Below are positions 1 through 9,234 of a stretch of DNA of 64,000 nucleotides, piece after piece. The notes below the pieces were generated by a model. It saw nothing but the letters and a program-made list of their open reading frames with translations. It was not told where the DNA came from and ran no database searches. The number at the start of each line of letters is the position of its first letter. The first letter of the stretch is position 1. Position numbers and translations under genes: made by a program. Source of the DNA: Nitrospirota bacterium (lineage in GTDB: Bacteria; Nitrospirota; UBA9217); the NCBI GenBank assembly GCA_963790205.1, contig CAWBNQ010000011.1:123304-187303 (forward strand), read 5' to 3'.

Positions 1-1287
1 GTGCCACCACCAATTATCCTGAAACTGATGCTACTCCTGATCTTTTATAATGTCCGCTCGGAGCGGGAGCTGATGGACACCCTGCCAGAGCGTATGGATT
101 GGCTCTGGTTTCTCGGGTATGACCTTGATTCTGAAATTCCCAACCATAGCGTGCTATCCAAGGCCCGCAAAAAATGGGGCCTCGATGTTTTTCAAAGGTT
201 CTTCGAACGTATTGTTCTGCAGTGCGCGGAAGCCGGTCTTATTGACGGCCGCAAGATCTTCGTCGACTCCAGTCTGGTGGATGCAAATGCCTCCAACAGT
301 TCGGTTCTCGATACCCGGAACCTGAAACATCAGTTGCACAAAAATTATAAAAAGCTGGAAGCCCGCTTGGAAGAACGCACCGAAAGCACTGATCCTTCCA
401 GGACCTACGAAAAAAAGAACAACCGCTATATCTCCACCACCGACCCGGACGCGGCCCTGGTGAACCGGGGGAAATCCAAACTTTCCTACCAAGTGCATCG
501 GGCCGTTGACGGTAAAAAAGAAATCATCACTGCAACCGACGTAGCGCCCGGCGATGTGAACGAAGCCCATCTGATGCTTTCGCTGCTTGAGCAACACCAC
601 GCAACAACGGAAGTCGAGGCCGAAACGGTTGTTGCGGACAGTAAGTACGGAACGATCGACAACTTCCTTGCCTGCCATGACAAGGGCATAAAGGCGCATA
701 TCCCGGATTTACGAGACGTGGCGATCAATCGCATAGCGAAAACCGACATCTTTATGGAAGATAGATTTTCCTATGATCCTGCCACCGACTCCTATATGTG
801 CCCGGCAGGAACTCAGCTCAAGCCGAAGTCGCTGCATATAGCCAGACAAAGCCGGGATTACGCAGCGCCCAGGAAAGTCTGCGCAGCGTGCCAGCTTAGA
901 GAGCAATGCACGAAAAACAAGTCCGGCCGAACGATCAAGCGTCATCTCCGGCAGAATGTTCTGGAGCGCATGCGTGCAATCAGTCGATCAGCCAATGCAC
1001 GGTACGACATCAAAACCAGACAACACCTGATGGAGCGATCCTTTGCCAGGGGCACCCGATACGGCTTCGATCAAGCACGCTGGCGAGGCCTTTGGCGAAT
1101 GCGGGTCCAGGAATATATGACCTGTGCCATCCAGAACATGCAAGTGCTAATAGCGCATGCTTCCAAGCCGAAGAAAGCAGCTGCGGTACGGCTGCTCGTT
1201 GTTCAAAGAACAGTGGCAAAGGCTTTCGGATCGCTCATTTTGCATGTTCCCTTGAGACAGAACCGATATTGCCCGTCATTAGCTTAG
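1..1287 (+). CDS. IS1182-family DDE transposase (5'-partial)
   Basis: SERELM...WFLG...IPNHSVLSKAR (DUF772-like), VDSSLVDANAS, STTDPDA, VADSKYG, CPAG/CAAC Zn motif, ERSFA...ARWRG. Confidence 0.9.
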   Translation: MPPPIILKLMLLLIFYNVRSERELMDTLPERMDWLWFLGYDLDSEIPNHSVLSKARKKWGLDVFQRFFERIVLQCAEAGLIDGRKIFVDSSLVDANASNSSVLDTRNLKHQLHKNYKKLEARLEERTESTDPSRTYEKKNNRYISTTDPDAALVNRGKSKLSYQVHRAVDGKKEIITATDVAPGDVNEAHLMLSLLEQHHATTEVEAETVVADSKYGTIDNFLACHDKGIKAHIPDLRDVAINRIAKTDIFMEDRFSYDPATDSYMCPAGTQLKPKSLHIARQSRDYAAPRKVCAACQLREQCTKNKSGRTIKRHLRQNVLERMRAISRSANARYDIKTRQHLMERSFARGTRYGFDQARWRGLWRMRVQEYMTCAIQNMQVLIAHASKPKKAAAVRLLVVQRTVAKAFGSLILHVPLRQNRYCPSLA

Positions 1288-1345
1288 ACCTCTTTACGCA
1301 TCAAGGCGCTTGATCGTTCGCGGGAAGTCCTTTGGGCAACAGCCC
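1..1345 (+). mobile_element. IS1182-family insertion sequence (5' end outside window); right end at about 1345
   Basis: Transposase ORF 1..1287 followed by TTTGGGCAACAGCCC (1331-1345), which resembles IS1182-type terminal IRs. Base composition switches abruptly to T-rich RHS coding sequence immediately after. Confidence 0.8.
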
Positions 1346-4300
1346 GTTATGTTCTGACGATATAGGGCCGACGCCTCCTATTCCTGTATATTCTATGACT
1401 TATACATATATAGGTAGACAGCAGGTTTCGTGTTCGGGAAATATTTTTTGTATTTATTTATACGCCGACAATACTACTCCTCCCGGATGTACTGATCCCG
1501 ACTATGTAACGCAACCAACGCAAACATTTTCACCAAGTGCTGAATGTTCTGTGGATGATACGATAATTTGTGTCCTTCCCGGCTGGACAACGGCTTTTAA
1601 TAAATATGGCGTTGCTTCTTGTGTTAATGGTGTTTGGTCTGCGTGTGTTCCTCCTCCTTATATTCCTCCTGTTACTGGTGTTTGTATACCCGGTCAGGTT
1701 GCTGGTTGTGATAATATTCCTACTGCTGACGCGAGTGCTTATGATAATTCTGACGCTGGCAACGCGTGTAATTTTTACGGTATCTCGGTTTGTAGTTACG
1801 TTACCGGTTCCGGGGGTCAGTGGGGTCCGTGTCACTGTCCGCAGGATATTACTTATGGTTGTCCAGCCGGTGCAAAGATATCTTGTTTCCCTTATCTCAA
1901 TTCTGACGGTACATATGATTTGAGTTTTAATCTTTCCGATGATACCGGTTGTCCTTCTGGGCCTTATAGTGACGCTTACGGTTCTGGTTCGATGCGTTGT
2001 GATAATAATCTATGGTCTAATTGCATGTGCGGTATCAATGAGTGCCAGCCACCTGAAACCTATACTGCGGATTCTATGTGTGTAGATGGTCCCTTGATTC
2101 AGCAATGTGTAAATGGTGTATATACGGGAACGTGTAATGAAGTAGTTAGTTGTTCTTTATCTGACTGCGGCGACAGCTGTAATACCACATCCGTCGGTTC
2201 GTCGGCAAATCTTAAAAGTGGCAATCTTAACCATAATCAAGACGTAATTACAACGCCAAAGAGCTTGCCTTTTGCATTAACCTACAACAGCAACGACTTT
2301 ACTGCGGGAGCGTTTGGGCGCGGCTGGACACATACGTACAACCTGCTGGCAGTAGTATCAGGTTCGTCACTCATGCTTACAGACGGTAGCGGCAAGAAAA
2401 TAAACTTCACTCTTTCCGGCAACTTATATTCCCCTGATGCGAGCAGCGGGGACACATCAACCATAGCCGTAAATGCCGACGGTACTTATACCCGTACCCT
2501 GAAAGACGGGACCCTGCAAACATTCGCTGCTTCAGGCATCCTCACCTCAATCAAGGACCTGAATAACAACACAACAACGCTGTCCTACAGCGGCAATAAT
2601 CTGGTTGCTATAACCGATTCCACAGGACGAGCACTCAGTATTACCGCAGCAAGCGGCCAGATAACCTCAATCACTGATCCAGCGGGACAGACATACAGCT
2701 TTACTTATGCCGGCAATCTGCTGACGACAGTCTCTGATCCTTCGGGCAATGCTTGGAACTACACCTATGATACTAACGGCAGAATGCTTACCAAGACAGA
2801 CCCGGCAGGCTTCCAGACGACCTACGCCTACGATGCCAGTGGTATGCTTGCCAGTGCAACAGACACCAATGGACTGACAAAGACCCTGACCTATGACAAA
2901 ACCAACAGCGCAGCGCAGTTTGTAGAAAAAGACGGCGGGGTATGGAACCAGACGTATGATCCCGGTCTCAATCTGCCGCTGACAAAGACCGATCCGTTGG
3001 GCAATCACACCTCCTACACCTATGATAACAAGGGCGACATGCTCACCAAGACGGACCCGGATGCAAGCGTCACCACATACACCTATGACGCAAAGAGCAA
3101 TGTTACTTCAATAACAGATGCCCTTGGCCGGGCCACGACCTACACATACAATAACTTCTCCGAAATCACGTCCATGCGCGACCCCCTGGGGAATACCACC
3201 ACGTATGCCTACGATGCCAATGGAAATCGTTTATCCACAACCGACCCCCTGGGAGCCGTCACCACATATCAGTACGACGCCAAGGGCAATGTGACGAATA
3301 TAACGGATGCATTGGGCAAGACAACGACTTTGGCTTACGATCAATACAATAACATCGATTTAATTACCGATCCAACGGGCTCTACGACCGGGTTCACCTA
3401 TGATATAAACGGCAACATGACAAGCCGGATCGACGCTAATGGCAATGCCACGACGTTTGTATACAACAACCTGAACCAGCTGACCCAGGTCACGGACCCG
3501 AACGGCAATACGACCGCTTACACTTATGATAAGAACGGGAATAAGGCTTCCGTGACCGATGCCAACGGCAATACGACAGTCTATACATATACCTACAGAG
3601 GTCAGGTCGCTCAGACAAAAGATGCCTTGAATGCCATAACGAACTACACCTACGGCGCTACGGGCTGTCCAGCCTGCGGCGGCGGTGTGGACAAGCTGAC
3701 TGCTCTCACGGACGCGAAGGGAAATACTACCCGCTATCAGTACGATACGCTCGGCAGGCTGATAAACGAAACGGACCCCCTGGGTAATGTGATATCGTAT
3801 ACTTATGATGTAAACGGCAGGCTTACAGCAAGGACCGACGCGAATGGAAACACCATCACCTACGCCTATGACGTCACCGGAAGGCTGCTCACCAAGACCT
3901 ATCCAGACGCCACAACAGTTTCCTTCACCTATGATGCCAACGGGAACATCCTCACTGCGGCCAACCTGAATACTTCCTACACTTTCAGTTATGACACCGA
4001 TGGCAGGGTTGCCACCGTCACGGATTCCAGCAACAAGACCGTGAGCTATACGTATAACCTTGTCGGAAACAGGACCCAACTGACTTATCCCGACGGCTCC
4101 ACGCTCGCCTATACCTACGACACCGCAAACAGGCTCAGCACGATTGTAGACGGTACGGCAAAGACTTATACCTACAGCTACGACAGCCTCGGCAGAAAAA
4201 CGAACCTCACCTACCCCAATAATGCCAATAACACATATAGTTACGATAATGACGGCAGGCTTACGGGGCTCACCAATAAACTGGGCTCCTACACCTATCA

Positions 4301-5861
4301 ATACGACAATATCATAAGTCGCACAACCGCCACTGATCCCAACGGGACGCATAATTACACCTATGACAAAGCGTACCAGCTTCTCACGGCAACCCATACC
4401 ACCACGCCCACCGAGCAGTTCACTTATGACCTCCTTGGCAACAGGACCGGCACCACCGTCAATAGCGGCAACAGACTCCTTAATGACGGCACATATACCT
4501 ACACCTACGACAACAACGGAAACCAGATAACCAGGACCACCATAGCAACCGGAGACGTCAGGTCCTATACCTGGGACAGCGAAAACAGGCTCATAAGCGT
4601 AACTGGGAGCGGCCTGATCGCCCAGTACCAGTATGACCCCTTTGGAAGAAGAATCCAGAAAAACGTCAATAACGCCATAACAAACTATGTCTACGACGGA
4701 CCGAACATCATAGCGGAATACGACGGAAACAATCAGCTCATCACCCGGTACGTACAAGGGGCGGGGACCGACGAGCATCTGGGGATGCAGAGGAATGGCC
4801 AAGCATGGTATTACCATACAGATGGTTTGGGTTCAGTCACGGCTATGACGGACGATACCGGCGCTGTAGTTCAGAGCTACACTTATGACAGCTTCGGCAA
4901 CATAAACTCAAATTCAGCAAGCACGGTGGCAAGTCAAGTGGGTTATTACACAATAAATGATGGGACACACTTTTCGCGATCGCTAACTCCCACGAGCATA
5001 CCTGTTGGGAACGGTACTGTGTCACAGACAATCAACACAGATGGTTCAGTTAAATTAACCATCAGCAATTCTCCTGGTTATGCGGATGACGGTTTCTATC
5101 TTCGCGTTGGAACGCTCGGAGATTTCAATGGTCTCAAGATTACGACCTCTCCGGGTACCAATCCGGCCAGCGTCAATATTTGGTTCGACGTTGACAATAA
5201 CGGCGAGTTCTTCGTATGGAACGGAAACGTTCTATCGGGTTTAGGTAACGATGCTTATATCTTAGGCCCCTCCAGTGTCCAAAATGTCCTTAGTGTCAAT
5301 GCGAACAGCAATTTCACTTCGCTGATTCCCGGCGGCGGGAATTATACCCTGGCGCAATTGAAAAACGGCGCCGTAGCGGGGATAACCAGCGCTACAAAAA
5401 TTGCGATCTGGGTTGGTATTGCCACCAATGGAGGCAGTTTAAGCGCAACGATAAGCTCAATACAGAATTCCGGCTTCACTCAGCCATTTACCTATACCGG
5501 AAGGGAATATGACCCGGAGACCGGACTGTACTACTACCGGGCGAGGTATTATGATACAATTGCAGGGAGGTTCATCAGCAAAGACCCGATTGGGTTTACT
5601 GGTAGGGATACAAATCTCTTCAGGTATGTGGGAAATAATCCGGTGAACAGGATTGATCCTAAAGGGAAAGAGATGTGTTTGGTTAGGCCACCGGTAATTC
5701 CCGAAGCAGAATGGTTTAAATGGACAGAGTACAATTTACCAGCAGACCAATATCCTCCACCACCAATGCCTATTCCTTGGTATGAACAGTGGGATCCTCA
5801 ACCATGGACGCCAGATCCACCTGATCCTGAACCAAATGAAGAAAGCCCCTACTTCACCTAA
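1346..5861 (+). CDS. RHS/YD-repeat protein, 5'-truncated by IS1182: Cys-rich N-terminus, DUF6531-like domain, YD repeats, RHS core with an internal insertion, short Pro-rich C-terminal tail
   Basis: SANLKSGNL...FALTYNS...GAFGRGWTHTY; many YxYDxxG...TDPxG repeats; HTDGLGSV...YTYDSFGN; FTYTGREYDPETGLYYYRARYYD...GRFISKDPIG...NLFRYVGNNPVNRIDPKG. The called TTG start (1332) lies inside the IS IR. Confidence 0.9.
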
Positions 5862-6005
5862 AACATAAGGTGTACAGATTTGGGAGCTTGGAAGATGTAT
5901 GATAACTTCAAAGTGTAAGGGGAAAAGGGTTTACCAAAAAGCGCGCTTAGTGGATGAAAGCGTACCAGCGGTAGGTTGGTAATTTTTTAATGTTACAATG
6001 GCAGC

Positions 6006-6180
6006 ATGGAAATTCGACATAGTGCCATGATGCCTATCATCACCCGTACCGCATAAGTATGGACACCCAAGTATTGGAAGCGAATATTAAATGGGAGTTG
6101 AAGCTGTTTGTAGAAAAATGGCTGAAGGATATTGAAACGTATCATCCCGACATAGAAATCGAACGGTATAGCATTCGAAA
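6006..6180 (+). pseudogene. Degenerate N-terminal fragment of an IS200/IS605-family Y1 transposase (tnpA)
   Basis: Joining frames gives MEIRHSA/HDAYHHPYRI/VWTPKYWKRILNG/ELKLFVEKWLKDIETYHPDIEIERYSIR, matching the TnpA N-terminal YHIVWxPKYR pattern. It is truncated before the HuH motif. Confidence 0.7.
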
Positions 6181-6263
6181 CAAAAGCACTTTAAGACAGC
6201 AATTTACTTTCACTGCAGTGAGTTAGACGATATCCATTGAACTGCACCCCTGAGTTTGGACAG

Positions 6264-7085
6264 TTAGCTTAGAGTAATCGGACAGGGTGCTTTTTGAATC
6301 TGATTTATCAGCATTGCCTCGTATTCAGTTGGAGGAACGTAATCCAGTGAGGCATGTAGTCGTTCCTGATTATACACTTGCTCGATGAAGTATGGAAGCC
6401 GTCTGAGAACGTCATCCAGGGTCCGGTATTCCCAGAGATAGACTTCCTCGGTCTTTACGGTTTTCATGAAGCTTTCGGCGAAGGCGTTGTCGTACGGATT
6501 GCCACTCCGAGACATGCTAATCTGGAAACCATGGCTTTTTAGCTCGTCGATGTAGTCATGAGCTGCATACTGTACTCCTCGGTCCGAATGGTGAATCGCG
6601 CCGGGAAGGGGGTTTCTGCTCTGGATCGCCATCCGAAGCGCTGAGAGGCTCAATGCCGTGTCGATATTCCGTGAGATGGCATATCCGATTGCTTTCCGCG
6701 AACAGAGATCCAGAATAACCGCCAGGTATACGAAGCCGACTGCGATCCGGATATAGGTGATATCGGCAACCCATACCTGATTGAGGCTGGTTACCCGCAG
6801 GTCTTTAGTCAGGTTCGGATATACGGGATAAGGATGGTTGCTGTCAGTGGTTCTGACGAAGCGCCTGGTTTTCTTGACCAGAAGGCCCTTTTCCCGCATG
6901 ATCCGGTGCACTTTTTTGTGGTTTACCGGGACAGCTTCCCGATGCAGCTGACGAGTGACTTTCCGATACCCGGCTTTCGGGAACTCTTCGGTGATTTCCT
7001 CGATCCGGTTGACCAGGACCTGGTCCTCAGGGAGCAGTTCCTGTTTCTTTGAATTATAATAGTAGCTGCTTCGAGGGAGCTTCAT
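6264..7085 (-). CDS. IS3-family transposase OrfB (integrase-like DDE core); the frame is open upstream to the slippery site at about 7150
   Basis: RSSYYY, GYRKVT, VNHKKVHRIMRE, NQVWVADITY, HHSDRGVQY, GNPYDNAFAESF, YNQERLHASLDY. Confidence 0.95.
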   Translation of the reverse strand: MKLPRSSYYYNSKKQELLPEDQVLVNRIEEITEEFPKAGYRKVTRQLHREAVPVNHKKVHRIMREKGLLVKKTRRFVRTTDSNHPYPVYPNLTKDLRVTSLNQVWVADITYIRIAVGFVYLAVILDLCSRKAIGYAISRNIDTALSLSALRMAIQSRNPLPGAIHHSDRGVQYAAHDYIDELKSHGFQISMSRSGNPYDNAFAESFMKTVKTEEVYLWEYRTLDDVLRRLPYFIEQVYNQERLHASLDYVPPTEYEAMLINQIQKAPCPITLS

Positions 7086-7435
7086 GAGTTCGCACCCCCT
7101 CGTGACGGTTTTGATAAGGTCTCGGTGGTCGGTAATGAACTGCCTTTTTTTCGGGACTGATCGAAGCTCTGATGCAGCGCTTTTTTTAAAAACTCATTTT
7201 CCAGGTGAGCTTTTCCGAGCGCCTGCTCCAACTGGCCGATACGTTCTTCCAAAGCAGCTTCTTTGGCAGAGTCGGCCTCGAAGCTGTTTTTGATAAACTG
7301 CTTCCTCCAATGATACAGAAGCCCGGAGGAAATGCTGTGTCTCCGGCAGAGCTGGGCCGCAGTGCTGACCCCGCTCAAGTATTCTTCAACAACTTGGCGC
7401 TTGAATTCGGTACTGAACTTCCTCTGTTTGCTCAT
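7082..7435 (-). CDS. IS3-family transposase OrfA (HTH)
   Basis: MSKQRKFSTEFKRQVVEEYL...LCRRHSIS..LLYHWRK, leucine zipper LENEFLKKA; A7G slippery site at 7144-7151. Confidence 0.9.
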   Translation of the reverse strand: MSKQRKFSTEFKRQVVEEYLSGVSTAAQLCRRHSISSGLLYHWRKQFIKNSFEADSAKEAALEERIGQLEQALGKAHLENEFLKKALHQSFDQSRKKGSSLPTTETLSKPSRGGANS

Positions 7436-7521
7436 GACAAGATCCTTTCTGCCCCTCGGGGCTGAAGATCCTGTCCGACATTCTAACATATTTGTCTAAA
7501 CGGAGGGGGTCAGTTCACATA

Positions 7522-8181
7522 ATGATAATTCTCATATTAAAAATTATTAGCACAATATATCATATGTTCATGACTGGAGAGAAAATTAGTAACATAAAAT
7601 CAATGTGCCTTGTTGAATATGCAAATTATTTGCATCATAAAAGGAATATTGAGAAAGCGATAAAGTATTACAACCAAGCAATTAGTTTAAACTCTTATAA
7701 TTATTACGCATATGGTGGCCTTGCCGCTGCTCTTCTAGCAGAAAAACAGTTTAAACAAGCTTTAGAGTATTGCAAAAAAGCCTATTCTATTAAATCGAAC
7801 CTTTGGGGCAATATCACCTTATTTGTTATTTATAACTCTTTAGGAGAAGCTATTTCCGCAAATGAAATGCTACGGAAAATATTTAAATATTTTAATAATA
7901 ATGTAGCAGCTGCATATGATCGATTGTCCTATACTTATTTTCAGTTTGGTATGCACAAAGAAGCAGAGTACTATTGTAAAGAAGCTGTCAAGATTCTTCC
8001 CATCGAGGCTGGCATCCATTATAATCTGGCCAACATATATTTAGCTCAAGAAAAATTTCAAGCAGCAAGAGACGAGTTTCAAAATGTATTAGAACTTACC
8101 AATGATAAACGATACAAGAAAAAAGCTATCAAAAAAATAGAAAGCTTAAACAGAGTTATAACAACCAAGCTATCTTCATAG
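7522..8181 (+). CDS. AT-rich tetratricopeptide-repeat protein
   Basis: Several TPR units (KAIKYYNQAI, QALEYCKKAY, AEYYCKEAV, IHYNLANIY). The called start at 7492 is inside the IS3 IR; the first ATG outside it is 7522. Confidence 0.8.
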   Translation: MIILILKIISTIYHMFMTGEKISNIKSMCLVEYANYLHHKRNIEKAIKYYNQAISLNSYNYYAYGGLAAALLAEKQFKQALEYCKKAYSIKSNLWGNITLFVIYNSLGEAISANEMLRKIFKYFNNNVAAAYDRLSYTYFQFGMHKEAEYYCKEAVKILPIEAGIHYNLANIYLAQEKFQAARDEFQNVLELTNDKRYKKKAIKKIESLNRVITTKLSS

Positions 8182-8484
8182 ATTACGAATCAAGTAGCAA
8201 TATCAGTGACCGCTTCCATATATCTAAGATAGACGAATCGTTTGAAGTCATTCTCAGTGTGTTTGTATTATAGAGAGCAACATAAGTAATGCAACGCATT
8301 GCCACTATGAAAAGCGCGTAAACACTGGATAAAAAGGTAAGGGGCCGTTGCATTACTTTTGCGATCCTCAATAGCTGACCGGGCGGTTGTCGTGACTTTT
8401 GTCAGGATCTTGACATGCAATGATTGAACCGGAATTCGTTAGAGTTTCTACTCATCGAAACTCGCATGATTGTAGGTGTACTCC

Positions 8485-8735
8485 TCAATCTATGGCTGCC
8501 GCTTCTTCTTTTTGAGACCGTTCCTCCGGCCAAGCCCTTTTTTCAATTTCCTTCAACAAATCCCCGAACGTCCCCGGATTGATCGCCGAGCACACGACGC
8601 CGTTAAAGCGCGCTGCCACGGCCCTGGCCCAGAGCGCGTTCACGAGGTCCGCCTTGTTGAACACAGCGAGCTTGGGGATCGTGTCGAGGCCGAGCTCGAT
8701 CAATAGATTATCGACCGACTCCATCTGCTGTCGAA
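8485..8735 (-). repeat. Diverged duplicate of the last ~250 bp of hflX (direct repeat of about 9235-9483)
   Basis: Near-identical alignment with about 10 substitutions (mostly synonymous), a small difference near the stop, and a 1-nt gap at the boundary; encodes QQMESVDNLLIELGLDTIPKL...EEAAAID. Confidence 0.95.
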
Positions 8736-8802
8736 CCAATATTAAATATTTCCTTGGCGTTCCTCGCGCCTTCGCGAAGAAAATTCCTTGCATAAAAAAG
8801 CC

Positions 8803-8831
8803 TTGCGCTTTTACACCACAAAAGGCATAAT
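8803..8831 (+). promoter_or_regulatory. sigma70-like promoter, probably giving a leaderless transcript
   Basis: TTGCGC-N17-CATAAT ending 6 nt before the ATG at 8838; no Shine-Dalgarno. Confidence 0.5.
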
Positions 8832-8837
8832 AGTGGC

Positions 8838-9173
8838 ATGAAAGTGGTGGAAAAAGACAAGGTCATCAGTGGCATGCTCCGGGACGAGCTCAAACGTTGC
8901 GAAGAGATATTAGACGGTCTCCAGAAGTCCATAGCACGGCTTCCCAAAGGCGTTCTGAGCGAGCGAAAGAAGCGCTACAAGGAAAAAACCTATTCGTATT
9001 ACTCACTGAAATACCGCGACGGGAAAAAGGTCGTCAATAGGCACATCCCCAACGATGAAGCCCCGGCACTGCTTAAAAAACTGGAGCAAAGAAAAAAGTT
9101 CGAAAGGGAAGGGCAGGCGTATAAGAAAAAAATCGAATATATATCGAAAATCCTGAAAGCCGGCAAGGGATGA
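8838..9173 (+). CDS. Small basic coiled-coil hypothetical protein (DUF6788-like)
   Basis: LPKGVL...KK...YYSLKYRDGKKVVNRHI pattern flanked by helices; clean 111-aa ORF. Confidence 0.7.
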   Translation: MKVVEKDKVISGMLRDELKRCEEILDGLQKSIARLPKGVLSERKKRYKEKTYSYYSLKYRDGKKVVNRHIPNDEAPALLKKLEQRKKFEREGQAYKKKIEYISKILKAGKG

Positions 9174-9234
9174 ATAAGATGCTTTTGTCGATCTCGCATA
9201 AGGATACCTGGGGTCTTAGCTGCTTGCGATGACA

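Larger units (their letters stand above)
6238..7517 (-). mobile_element. Complete IS3-family element (1280 bp) with imperfect 25-bp terminal IRs and a 3-bp CAT target duplication
   Basis: Left end TGAACTGCACCCCTGAGTTTGGACA (6238); right end reverse complement TGAACTGACCCCCTCCGTTTAGACA (7517); CAT at 6235-6237 and 7518-7520. Confidence 0.95.

Noticed and set aside
2700-4900. Periodic sequence as a CRISPR array or tandem DNA repeat
   Set aside because: The periodicity is protein-level YD repeats with divergent codons; there is no identical repeat-spacer structure and no cas gene.
4905-5480. RHS insertion as an intein (it ends ...IQN-S)
   Set aside because: No recognisable Hint blocks (no C/S-start block A, TxxH block B or terminal HN context); the composition looks like an extracellular beta domain.
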